From: Sminthopsis crassicaudata
Lineage: Eukaryota
Assembly (NCBI RefSeq): GCF_048593235.1
Contig: NC_133619.1
Coordinates: 649,428,558-649,492,557 of the forward strand
Length of the DNA: 64,000 nt
Direction of reading: 5' to 3'
A model generated the notes under the pieces. It was not told the DNA's origin and made no database searches. It saw only the letters and a program-made list of their open reading frames with translations. Positions 32,123 through 43,918 of the stretch are shown here, piece after piece. The stretch's first letter is position 1, and each line of letters starts with the position of its first letter. The position numbers were made by a program, and so were the translations under genes.

Positions 32123-33789
32123 CTAATCCAATTCCAATCAATCAATGATGGACAGAATCAACTACACCCAGAGAAGGAACACTAGGAAATGAGTGTAAAC
32201 TGTGAGCGTTTTTTGTTTTTCTTCCCTGGTTATTTTTACCTTCCAAATCCAATTCTTCCTTTGCAACAATAACAACAACAACAAAATTCAGTTCTGCACA
32301 CATATATTGTAACAAGGATATACTATAACATATTTAACATGTATGGGACTGCCTGCCATCTAGGGGAAGGAGTGGAGGGAAGGAGGGGAAAATTCAGAAC
32401 AGAAGAGAGTACAAGGGATAATGTTGTAAAAAATTACCCATGCATATGTATTGTCAAAAATGTTATAATTATAAAACTAATTTTAAAAATTAAAAAAAAA
32501 AGTTTATGATGTTTACTGGATACCCTGTTCTAGATGTCTGAAAGGTAATTGATGATTCAAGATTGGAAGTCAACAGACTGTTGGAGGCAGAAAAAGAAGA
32601 TTTAAAAATCATCAGCACAGAGATGATAATGAAATTCATGGAAGCTGAGGAGATGCCAAGTAGGGAAGAGCCACAGAAGAGGATTCAGGACAGAGCCCTG
32701 AGGGACATCTACGGCTTAGAGGGTATGATTTGTAGGAGAACGCAGCAAAGCAATCAGAGGAGCACTTAGAGAGATAGGTGGAGAAGCAGAAGAGAGGACC
32801 CTAAAAACCTAGAGAAGAGAGTATTAAAAGGGAGAGAGTGATTAGTAGTGCTAAAGGTTACAGGGAGGTCAAGGAAAATGAGGCCATTGGATCTGGCAAC
32901 TAAAAGGTCATTGGTAACTCTGGAGAGAGCACTTTCTGAGGAATTATAGGGTTGGAAACCAGATTGTAAAGGGTTAAGAAAGTGAGAGGGCAGAAAGTGG
33001 AAGCACCTAGTGTAGATAGCCTTATCCAGGAACTTAGCTACAAAGCCACAAAAGATATAAAGAGATATATGGCCATAGACAGCAGGGATACAGGAATCAA
33101 GTAAAAGTTTTTTTTTTAGGATGAAGAAGTCATGGGCATATTAAGGAATAAGCCAATAGAGAGGGAGATTGAAGATACATGATAGAGAAATGAGGTGCAA
33201 TCTCTTGAAGAAAAGGGGATGAAATGTGCTATAGAGGTTAGCCTTGGTAAAGACTAAAGCCATTTTGTTATGTAACATTAGGAGAGAAGAAGGAAAGAGT
33301 GGCAGATGGCACCTTGAGTGATAGGAGATAAAAAAAAGTGGAAGGAATATGTGGGAGAATGGCCTAAATTTTTAAATAAAATTGGAGGCAGTGCCTCAGC
33401 TGAGAGGGAGGGGAAAGAGGGAATTTTCAGAGATGTCAGGAAAAATGAGGTTTAGAAGAGGCAAAATGTGAGATAAGGTACAAAGCATTTCAGGAAGATT
33501 TTGTGTGTGTATGTGTGTACGTGTACGTGTACGTGTATGTGAGAGAGAGAGAGGGGTGGGGGTGGGGAGGATACACTTTCTCCTGGAGGCAGCCCAGAAG
33601 GCTTCCTGGATAAGGCATCATCTGAGCTGACCCTAGGAAATTTCCCTGTCCCCCAATATGGATCAGGAGAGGTAAAAATTAGAAGCAAAACATTTTTGAG
33701 GATGGACAGGGTAGAAGAAGAGAGAGTGGGATAAAGGAGAGAGAAGAATAGAATGGAGGGAAATTCATAATAATCATAACGGTGAAAAA

Positions 33790-34920
33790 AAATTTACATC
33801 TCTGATAAAGACCTCATTTCTCAAACATATAGAAAACCGAGTCAAATTTGTAGAAATAAGAGATATTCCTTAATTGTTAAATGATCAAAGGATATGAATT
33901 GGTGCTGTCCAGATGTGGTAAACTATATAAAGTCCTGAAAAAATGTGCCAAGTCACTCTGGATTAGAGAAATGCAAATTAATAGAGCTCTGAGGTCCTAC
34001 TTCACACCTGTCAGATTGGCTAATATGACAGAAAGGAAAATGATAAATGTCAGTGGAGGTGTGGGAAAATTGAGATGCACTATTGGTGAAGCACCATTCC
34101 ACAATTATGTTGAGTAATTTGGAACAAAGAGCTATAAAATCATGTATACTTTTTGATCAAGCAATACCACTCTTAGGTCTGTATCCCAAAGAGATTTTTT
34201 TAAAAAAGGAAAAAGAGAAATATTTATTGCAACTCTTTTAGTGGTGGGTAAAGAATTAGAAATCGAGGGGATGCCCATCAATTGGAGAATCGCTGAACAA
34301 GTGATGCTATATGAATGGAATGGAATTATTATGGTATAAGAAATGATGAGCTAGATGCAGAAAAACCTGGAAAGACTTCCATGAACTGTTGCAAAGTGAA
34401 ATAGGCAGAACATTAGCCCTAGTAATAGCAACATTGTAACAATCAGCAACTCTGAACTGTAGCATTGTAATTACCAGCATCTCTAACTGCGAACATTGTA
34501 ACAATCAACAACTCTGAACAGTAGCATTATAGTTACCAGCATCTCTAACTAGGAACATTGTAACAATCAACAACTTTGAACAACAACTTTGTAACAGTCA
34601 TCAACTCTAAATAATAACATTGTAACAATATCAATTTAAACAACTCTTCTCAGCAATGTAATGATCCAAAGGACTTATGATGAAAAATACTCTCTGTCCC
34701 CAGAGAAAGAAATGGTGGAGTCTGAATGCAAATTGAATGATATATATTCTTTGTTACTTTATTTTTCTTGTATTTTCTCTTACAGCATGACTAACATGGA
34801 CATAGATTTTACATAATGGTACATTATAACTTGTATCAGTGTTTGCCTTCTCAATAAGGCAGCAGGGGATAAAGAGAATTTGGAATTCGAAACTTTTTAA
34901 ATAGAAAATTAAACTTGTTT
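33790..34920 (+). mobile_element. Old L1 3' fragments with an internal 62-bp tandem duplication
   Basis: tctgataaagacctcatttc, gattagagaaatgcaaatta and gatgcccatcaattggaga motifs; period-62 repeat at 34431-34640. Confidence 0.75.
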
Positions 34921-34963
34921 TTACATGTAATTGCGGGGAAATAAAATTTATTTGTTTATTTAT

Positions 34964-35104
34964 TTTTCCTGAGGCTGGGGTTAAGTGACTTGCCCAGGGT
35001 CACACAGCTAGGAAGTGTTAAGTGTCTGAGAGCAGATTTGAACTCAGGGTCCTCCTGAATTCTCAAGACTGGTGCTCTATCCACTGTGCCACCTAGCTGC
35101 CCCC
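34964..35104 (-). mobile_element. Young WSINE1-like core-SINE
   Basis: Reverse complement of the same subfamily as 26554-26693 (gaattc in the head, aaccccagcctcag tail). Confidence 0.9.
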
Positions 35105-36989
35105 TGATTTTTTTTTTTTTTAAAGATTGTCCTCCTGTTCTCTCTAGCACCCCACTGGAGCCAGGCCCCTCCCCTCCCCCTACATGATATAATATCTCCA
35201 TTTGTCCACCTGCTTCCAATCCATATCTAACACAAGATGTCTGCTTGAGCATGATACTCTTTAAGATCTGCAGTCTTGATGGGCATGAAATAAATCCCTT
35301 ACTGATTTCATGTGGGGATTGTCTTCTGTCACCTCTCCATCCTCAGAGCCCCCTGCTCTCCTTCACACTGGGTCTTCTTAAGTTTCCCTGCCACATTCTG
35401 CTCTGTCTCCCCCCTTCCCAATCTGTTGCCTGTTCTCTGGCCCTTCCTCCAGGGTCTGACTTTCTAGGCCACTTTCCTTGATATCCATCCCCACCTCTTC
35501 TTATTTCTCAGTCCCTTTTGCCCTCTCCCGGCCTTTGTATCATCCCACTTCCAATCCCATTAACCCTCTCCCTTTGCAGGCAGAGTTGTCTACTTTATCT
35601 TTGAGTCCTGCTATAGTGGAGACAGGGATGTGGGGAGAGCTGGGTTCAAATCCCAGCTCTACCACTGACTGTGTGAAGTCTCGGGCAACTGGGCCGATGC
35701 TCTGGCCTGTCTCCATGTCTCCACAAGGAGCCATTTGGAGCTGATGAAATGCCTTCCAAAGTCCCCTTCATCTCTCTATCTCAGACCCTCGGATGCTCAG
35801 GGGAGAGCAGAGCACAGAACCCCGGCCATGGGGGACTCTGTGAAATTTGGCTAAACTCCAAAGGCTGAGATGAAATGAGAATGTGTGCCAGGCCCAGGAT
35901 GGGTACCAAACAAGGAAAGGGTGAACCTGGGGGCTGGCCGACAGGTGGAGCAAGTGAAGCAGCACACAGAAATAGAGCCAGAAAGGGAGGCCAGCTTGAG
36001 CACTTTGAATGCCAAGCTCAGGAACATGGCTGCCTATAGGCTGGAGAAAGCTCCGAGGGAAGCGTTAGGGGCAGACCTGTAAGTTGCTATAGGGAAAGAT
36101 GATTTGAATGGGCCAGCAAAGGATGAGTAGCAGAGGGTAGAGCCCAAAAGCAGCTGCCATACTTAATCCTCTGCCTCAGACTAGGCAAGTCCTCCCAAAG
36201 TACTTGGAGTCACCAACGGCTGAGGCTATGGCCCGGCTCTGAACTTCCTGCTCCCCCTTCAGTACCCAGCACAGGGGTCCGGTCTCCTTTGTTTCTCCAT
36301 CTGCTCCAGCTCCAGAATCAGGCTTCTGGCCCCCTTGTCCAAATGAAATTGCTCTCCTTCAAGTTCTTAAGAACCTCTTCATGGCTAAAGCCGGTGGTGT
36401 CCATCCTCATCCTCCATGACCTCTCGGTGGTCTCTGCCGCTACAATCCCCTCCTTTCTGAGACTTCTTTCTTCCTGACCCCCCCTGGCTCCTGGCTCTGC
36501 TTGCTACCTGCTGGTGCCTCCTGCAGAGTCAAGGTCAGGAGCCCCAGCCCAGCTCAGGCCCTGGTGACCTCTCCAGGGGGCTCCCTGCACACAGCCTCCC
36601 CCATCCCCCTCTGCGGAAACCCAGGCCCAAGCTGAACAACGCCCAGAGGGACTCTCTTGGCTCTCTCCAGGATGACCCTTCCCACCCTGGCTCCCAGCTG
36701 CATTTCCCCGGCATCTTCTGCCAGCTTTCTTGTCCAGGAGAACTGACTTTGCCATGGTGCTCATGGCCAAGAACACAGGCAGGAACTGAGAGGTGCTCAG
36801 ACAGCCACCTGACCTTCTGCCTCCCTCATTCTCAAGCCCTCTCTGCAAGGGTTGTTGAGCCTCCTTCGGAGCCCCAGCACCGCGTTTGAGGGCTGGCCCC
36901 CTCAGCCCGGCCTGCCCTCCCAGCCCTGCTGCCCCGCTCCTCCTGGCGCCCCGCAGTGAGCACACACTGACAGCCGGCAGACAGACACA

Positions 36990-36995
36990 TTTATT
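36990..36995 (-). terminator. Poly(A) signal of ZNF524
   Basis: AATAAA on the minus strand about 390 nt downstream of the stop codon. Confidence 0.65.
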
Positions 36996-37381
36996 TCCTT
37001 GGCCCCATATCCACCCCCAATCCAGTTCTGAGAACAGTCTCACCTCTCTGAGTCAGCCCTCCCACCCCCCCTCCCTGCCCAGACCCTGGGCTCCCAACAT
37101 TCCAAGCCCTGGCTGAGCTAGAACCACTTCAGATCTAGGGACCCTTGGCCTCCTCTGGATCCTTAGCTCCCCGGCCTTCACTGGAGAGTGCCCAGGGTAA
37201 ATCCAGCTCTGGTCTCCTCAGGGACAAAGGGGGGGCGTGGTCGGCCACACCGGCCCCTGCAGGCTCCCACCTGGGGGATCCCTCTCGGCCTCCTGTAGGC
37301 CCAACCCCATTCAGGTTCACACAAGGAACCTCTGGAGAGTTTCCTGCAGGGTCCACGTAGGGAAGGTCTGGGCCAGGACCA

Positions 37382-38287
37382 TCATTCTGGCTTTTCTTCC
37401 AGATCCTCTGGGGCTGCCCAGGGAGCCTCTGGACTAGGGGGTCGCCCGGGCTCCTCCTCTGGGTCTCGAGGAGCAGGGTCCAAGCTCGGGGACTTCTCTA
37501 GGTCTTCCCCAGGACCCCCCTGAGCAGGGTCCGGGCTGGGAGACAGCTCTGGGACCATGGCCTCCAGCCAGGGTGGGTCCATGCCAGGGCCTGCGAGGGA
37601 GCTGGGAGAATCTGGGGGCGGTGGGTGTTTGCGACGGGCATGTCGCCGTAGGGTGTTGCCCTCAGTGAAGCGAAGCCTGCAGATGGGGCACTGGTAGGGC
37701 CGCTCGCCCGAATGCACACGGCCGTGGTGGGCCAACTCCCCGGCTTCACGGAAACGCCGTGGGCAGAGGGCACAGTGGAAGGGCCGCAGGCCGGCGTGGA
37801 TGTTCCGGTGCCGCCGCAGGTGACTGGCCCGCTTGAAGGCCTTGCCACAGGCTGGGCAGGTGTGCGGCTTGAGTTCTGAGTGAGAGATGCGGTGCCGTTC
37901 CAGGTCTGAGAGGTAGGGGAAGGCACGAAGGCAGACAGGACAGAAGTGTGGGGCCCGCCGGGCCCGGGACCCCCCGCCCTCCTCACCTGCCTGGGGCACG
38001 GTGTATGGGACACCCTGGGCATCAATCAACAAGACACCCCCTCCATCCTCAGCCTCCACCCCATCGGGTGGCCCTGGGGCCTCCGGGGCTTCCCCTGCCG
38101 TAGAGCCTCGGGGCCCGCCCCGTTTGCGGGTGGCCGGGGAGAACGTCTGGCTCGAGGAGGCGTCAGCGGAGGAGCCGGCCCGCCCCACAGGGGGGCGGCG
38201 GCGACGGAGGCGCACCCCGGGGGTATCGGCCGGTGGGCTGGAGTGCTCTGCCTCCTTGGCTGCTGGCTCTGGGCTGGAAGGGTCCAT
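37382..38287 (-). CDS. ZNF524: Zinc finger protein 524 (301 aa, four C2H2 fingers)
   Basis: [12 protein letters not shown]; [77 protein letters not shown], matching recalled human ZNF524. Acceptor gcctag| at 38322/38321. Confidence 0.93.
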   Translation of the reverse strand: MDPSSPEPAAKEAEHSSPPADTPGVRLRRRRPPVGRAGSSADASSSQTFSPATRKRGGPRGSTAGEAPEAPGPPDGVEAEDGGGVLLIDAQGVPYTVPQAGEEGGGSRARRAPHFCPVCLRAFPYLSDLERHRISHSELKPHTCPACGKAFKRASHLRRHRNIHAGLRPFHCALCPRRFREAGELAHHGRVHSGERPYQCPICRLRFTEGNTLRRHARRKHPPPPDSPSSLAGPGMDPPWLEAMVPELSPSPDPAQGGPGEDLEKSPSLDPAPRDPEEEPGRPPSPEAPWAAPEDLEEKPE

Positions 38288-39079
38288 CGGGTGCTGGGGA
38301 TTTGGGGCCCGTCCACAGGACCTAGGCTGGCGGAGGGAGAAAGGAGGCAGTAGTCAGAGTCAGCCGGAGGGCAGCAGAGGCACGGATCTGGGAGAGGGAT
38401 CCTCAATGCGGGGCTCAGACGAGACCTTGCCTCTGGAGGGGCTGCTAAGGGAGCAGCATTCTGAGGCAGGGAATCATAAGGGAGATTCTACAGATTGGAA
38501 ACTGAGGCACACGGTAGCGGACAAGAGAGAAGGAACCAAAAGGCCAGAAAGCTGGGGGCCAGGCTGGGAAGGACGGAGTCCAAACAATTTGGAGAAAAGG
38601 TTCCAGAGTCCAGAGTAGCAAGGGAGGATGTGGGACTAGATTTGGAGAAAGAGCCAGAACCAGGCTGGAGGAGGAAAAGGAGAAGGACCCAATGGGGAGG
38701 CCAGAAGCCTCGATCGCTGGAGAAGTGACCTGACTGGGAGAAGGATGGGTGAGAAGGAGAGAAGGGACAGCTGGGGGACACAGAGGCTCCAGCACCAGCC
38801 CCGGAGGCAGAGCAGAGTTCTGACACCTGCTAAGCGTGACACTGGCCAAGTCATTTCATCGCAACTGCCCCCCCAAAATAAGAGGGAATAAGATTGGGGG
38901 CAAGGGAGGACAGAGGGTGCAAGAGGAGAAAGCAACCAGGTTTGGGAAGTAAAGACAAGATCAAGGGGAACAGATCAAACCTCCAGAGTCCGGGGGATGT
39001 GGGGCTGTTATTTGGAGGTGAGAAAAAAAACCAGGTAGACTTTGGGGAGAAGGAGCCAGACTGGGGGAGGGGGAACTGA

Positions 39080-39360
39080 CAGGGCCTCACACACACACTC
39101 ACACATTCGCATCTTCCACTCACACACACTCACACCCTCTCACACCTCATACTCATACACACTCACACACACTCTCTTACCTTACATTCACACATGCACA
39201 CACATTCTCATCGGCACAATCACTCTTACCTCATACTCACACCCCACACTCATACACATTCATACACACTCACACTCACACACACATTTACACACACATA
39301 CACTCTCACCCCCTCACACACACTCAGTACACACATCCTCACACCCACACCCATACCCAC
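39080..39360. repeat. CA-rich low-complexity tract
   Basis: Directly visible degenerate (CA/CT)n. Confidence 0.85.
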
Positions 39361-39774
39361 GATGCTCTCTGGAGAAGCAGGGCAGAGAGCCTCTAGCCAA
39401 GTCTCCCGTCTTCCACAAGTTGCTGAAAACCTGGGGAGGGGAGCCTGTGAATCGGGGACACAGAAAGCTAATGAAGAAGCAGCCTGGGAGCTTCCTGAAG
39501 CTCAGCTTGGAGAGATTCGGGGCAGGCCCCTGGGCAGGCAGGGGTGGAGAAGACACTACAGGAGAAATGAGCTTCTTAGTGAGCTCCTTTGCACAGTCTA
39601 AAGAAGTCAACTCAAGAGGGCAGCTCCCCTGAGTTAGGACTGGCAGTCCCCCCAGGCAGACAGCCAGAGAACCAGAGGCCCAGAAGGCTCTAGGGGCCAG
39701 GCAAGAGAGAGGAGGCCAAATGTGGGGGCCCAATGTCACTTCTTAGGGTTCTGCACAGCTACACCCACTTCAAA

Positions 39775-40005
39775 GGAGGCCAAGAGCCCTGGGTCTGCAG
39801 TCAGGAAGATTTGAGTTCAAATCTGGCCTGGTTGGGTGACTCAGCGCAAGTCACTTAATCACTGCCTGCCTCAGTTTCCACCCTTGGCAAGTGGGGATCC
39901 TAAAGGTACTTTCTCCTCAGAGATCAAAGGATCAAATAAGATGCTGTTTGTAAAGTGCTCAGTGCAGTATCTTTCAAGTGCTGGGGGTGCCTAATAAATG
40001 CTTCT
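39775..40005 (+). mobile_element. MIR-like core-SINE
   Basis: gagccctgggtctgcagtcaggaagatttgagttcaaat..caagtcacttaa..gcctcagtttcc..tgtaaagtgct. Confidence 0.7.
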
Positions 40006-41299
40006 TTCAGAAAAGAGATTCCCATGAGGCAATAGTCAGCAAGATAAGCCAGGGCGGGAGGGGGACACTCAGAGGCAGGATCTAGTGGGATTGGGCGGGC
40101 TCATTTGTATCTCTCTGCCAGAGGGAGAAGAGCTCACAACTTGCCTCAATGATCTTTCTCTCTTTCAAGAGGTATGAGAATCAATGAAGAAAAAAAAAGA
40201 GTTGATGTGGATGCACAGGGGGCTCACCCAGCAAACTGGATTTTAAACGGAACCTTAAGAAGGCAACCAAGGACAAAAACAACAGAGGGAAAGAAAATGG
40301 CCAAAACATTTTAAGAAAATCCGACAGAGCAGCGTTGTCACTCCCTCATAGCAGTTCACGTTTCAGCAAGATTCTCAGGTTCAGATACTGTCTCCGACCC
40401 TGTTCTTTGTATATGGATACATATGGATACGTGTCTCCCCGTGATTTAAAATTTCCTAATGGAAAATGTAACAGCTTGACTAGCTCCAGCCGGGACTAAG
40501 AATGGCAGACAGCTATGGACCAAAAACTTGGGGGTGACTGGGACAACACAGGCCCAGGGAAGGGGAAGCAAGACCTGGGTAGGGATGCTAAAGAGAAGGC
40601 CCGGCTGCACGCCCTTTAAAACCACCTTTTGTTTCCATTTTCTCCATAAAGGATAATGGCGGAGGCTCCGGAAAGACCAGAGCAGAAACCTGGAACCGAA
40701 CGAAGTGGTGGCCAGGCGGCTCCTGTCCCAGACGACCACCACCCTGGAGCTCCCAAAAGGATTGGCAGTGACTACTGCAAGGCCACTAGGATGGCCAGGC
40801 CTTCCTTTTTAGGAAGACGCTCACTCTGCTTTCCACCGGGCCAGGAACGCCGGGAGTTCCGGTGGCCTTGGGTCCCGGGACTGGCCTGGCGGGGCATGGA
40901 TACAGCTCCGGATCAAGAGGCCCACAGAGGAGGTCACCGACCATCACCGACAAGCCTGGGACTAAGCGCTGGCTGAGGAAGCGCGGGTAAAAGAGATCGG
41001 GGGTCAGAGTGGGCCGCTGACTGACAGCAAGATCCAGAAGTGCAGGGCGGAGGCTTGGGCCACTTGCCTGGAGCTGTCCGCTGGCCTGAAGGTCTGGGCA
41101 CTGTCAGAGGAGAGCGACATGGAGGGGAGGGCCCTGAATGCGGAGGGAAGGGTGGGTCACACGGAGAGGAGGGTCCGTCCTGGGGGGCGACTAGGGCAAT
41201 TGGGGGGTGTGACCCTGGGGATTTCCTGTGGCGAAGGGAGCATTCTTTTAGAGGGTAAGGGCCAGGTTTGCGCCACTGGAAAAGGATCCGAGACAACTA

Positions 41300-43100
41300 C
41301 AGCTGGGGCCCGGGGCAGATCACCCCCGGATCTAACCAGGCCCCCCCTCCAACTCCCGCGCTCTCCCCTCCCCCCCCCCCCCCCCCGCTAGCTGGGGGGG
41401 GGGAAGGGGAAGGGAGCGCGCGGGGGCACTCCGTTTCCGCGGGGCGGGGGGCGGAGTGCGGTAGTGCGCACGCGCAGCGAGGCCCCGCAGACCGCAGGGA
41501 GGGCGAAGTCCGGCCCGGGCGCGCGCGCGCTGGGACGGAAGGGGCGGAGCGCGGGGAAAACAACCAATGGCTTTTGCGGAGCGGCTGGGTGCGGCGGGGG
41601 AGCGGCGGGTGCGCGCGGGCGAAGAAGGGGCCCACGGGGCGCGCGCGGGCGGCTGCTCGGGGGCGGGGGTCGCGTGCAGCAGGCGGCCGAGCCCTCCCTC
41701 CCTTCTCTCCCCTCCCCCTCTTCCCCTCCCTCCCTCGGCCTCCCCTCCCCGCCCGCCGCCCCCTCCCCGCCCGGGTACCTCATTTGCATGTCGCTTAGGG
41801 GCGCGCGCGGGGGGCGGCGGGGAGGGCGGGAGGGCGGGCGCGTGGGCCAGGGCCCGGGGAGGGCGGGGCGGGGCCGGGGAGGGGGGCGGAGGCGGCCGCG
41901 TGACGCCGCCGGCCCCGCCCCCTCCCTCGTCCTCCCGGCGAGCCGGCCACAAAGGCGGAGGGGAGCGCTGACTGCGCCCGCGCGGTCTTAGCGCTCGTCC
42001 AGCTCTGCAGGCTTAGGCGGCGCCTGCGCGCTGTTTTTGCGTCCCCTCCTGCCTGCCTGCTGGGCACCACGTGACTGTCGGAAAGGCTGAGTGCCCACGA
42101 TCAAGGTAGAGAGGTTGAGGCCCAGAGTGGGCCCCTTTACTGCCTATCACGTCGCACAAGCGGGGGGGCGGTCCCAGGGTGAGAGCTGGACATCAGCCAG
42201 CATGAGCCCGGCGAGGCCGGAAGAGCTCGATGCCAATGAAACAGCGAGCGTTCAGACATCCCGGGGGAGTGCAGCGCTGGCCCCGTGGGGAAAGGTGCTT
42301 GGAGATCCTCCGCTGCCGCCTCACCCATTTGACAGGGAAACTGAAAGACAGGCACTCACCAAGGGCCTCGAAACTGGGGTGGGGGTGGGAGGGGAGAAGC
42401 CGCAAGGGCAGGCGGCTTTATAAGGGGATTCAGGGACTGGCTGAAGCCCAGAGAGGGCCAGGGCCCTGCCCAAGGTCACACAGCACGTTCGAGCACTCGC
42501 CCTCCAGCCCGGGGCCCCTGACGTCATCACAGCCCCGGTCCCGTGGCCCGACGGGAAGTAATGGCGCCGGGCTTGGCTTCGGGCCCCGGGAGGATTAAGG
42601 CTCCCAAGATGGAGCCCAGTCCGGCTTCACTGCCCGCATCCAAAATGGTGCTTGCCGATCTCTCAGTTCTCCGAGTCTCGTGTGGCCTCGAGGCGGGATG
42701 TTCCAGAAGGCTTTGCCCTTGCTTAATATGGCGCTAAGGCCACGCCCCCGTCGCCTGTTCCCGCCCTCATCAAAGATGGCTCCCAGCTCCACTCCACTTC
42801 TGTGCAGGCGCGACATCTGAGAAGGGGAGGGGAGCGTGGGGGGCAGGGAAGGAAGGGGGACCCGGAAGTGGAGGGGCCCCCCCGGGTGGAAGTGACGCCA
42901 CCCCCGCGGCCCAAAATGTCGGCGCCCAGAGGGAGGTGTAAGTAATTAAAGGAGAGAGGGGCACGGCGCGGTCCGAGCCCCCCCTGGAGCCCGGATGCCT
43001 CGGGACCGAGTCCCCTCCCGCGCCCCCCGCCTCGAGGAGCCGGATGGATCGGCCCGGGCTGGCCGGACCGAGCCGCCCGCCTCCGGGGCCGCGGGGCTGC
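41300..43100. promoter_or_regulatory. Bidirectional CpG-island promoter for ZNF524 (-) and FIZ1 (+)
   Basis: Very high CpG density; YY1-like motifs (aatggcg, aagatgg, aaaatgg, tatggcg, agatggc at about 42559-42780); ETS ccggaagtg (about 42863); FIZ1 exon-1 donor |gtaagt at 42938; candidate ZNF524 donor near 41779. Confidence 0.75.
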
Positions 43101-43918
43101 GTGGATGGGACCATTCACGGCCCGGCTTGGGGGGTGGGGGTGGGGAGGGGGCCTGAGCGGGACACAAAGGACGTGGGGGAGGGGGGCCTTCGGGAGGACC
43201 TCGAGGAGGCGGCGTTTAGGGGGAAGGGGGATCCTACTCCTAGGTGGGGGGCTTAGTGGGGGGAGGGGAGGGGCTTGAAAGGGGGAGGGGTTTCGGTCGG
43301 TGAATGGGAGGGGCTCCCAGGGAAGGGATGGGGCTTGAACTGGGGAAGAGATAGGGGTTTAGGGGGGCGAGAGGCCTTTGGAAATGGGTGGAGCTAAAGG
43401 GGAAAGAGGAGGGTCTTACATGGCAGGGTTAGGACTTAGAGAAGACAGGGTTTAGAAGTTAGGAGTAGCTTAAGATAGGGGGGCTTAGATGGGGAAGAGA
43501 TGGGACTTAGGGAAGAAAAGAATTTGGGAGTGGGTGGGGTTAAGGAAGAGATCCTTCGAGGGGGTGGGGCTTAGAAGTTGGGTTTTACTGAGGGTGGTGG
43601 GGGCCCTTAGAAGGGACAGGGGTTGGCGGTAGAGAGATCTTAGAAGAAGGGGCAGTCCTTGGAAGGGGTGGGGCTTGAGTAGGAGGGGGCGGGGCTTGGA
43701 AGTGGGGGGTTAGGAAAGTGGGCAGTCCTTGGGAGGGGTGGGGCTTGGAGTTTGGGGGGGTCTTAGGGGAGTGGGCGGGTCTTGGAAGGGGTGGGGCGGG
43801 GCCTGGAAGTGGAGGTGGTCTGACAATCCTAGAGGAGCCCCTTTGAAGAGGGATGCCATCCCTTCACTACCTCTCTCCGCAGAGATGCCCCAGGCAGGGC
43901 ACGTGCACATCCCAAGCC

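Larger units (their letters stand above)
30684..32500 (+). mobile_element. 5'-truncated L1 with 12-bp TSD, interrupted in its 3' UTR
   Basis: ORF2 C-terminal peptides ([55 protein letters not shown]), 3' UTR and poly(A). TSD agtttatgatgt at 30670-30681 and 32501-32512. Confidence 0.92.
29838..33450 (-). mobile_element. LINE-2 relic interrupted by an L1 (L2 parts about 29838-30683 and 32501-33450)
   Basis: Antisense L2 3' end (tgcctacctggtgccaggcactgtgctaagc) and L2 body motifs on both sides of the L1. Confidence 0.7.
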
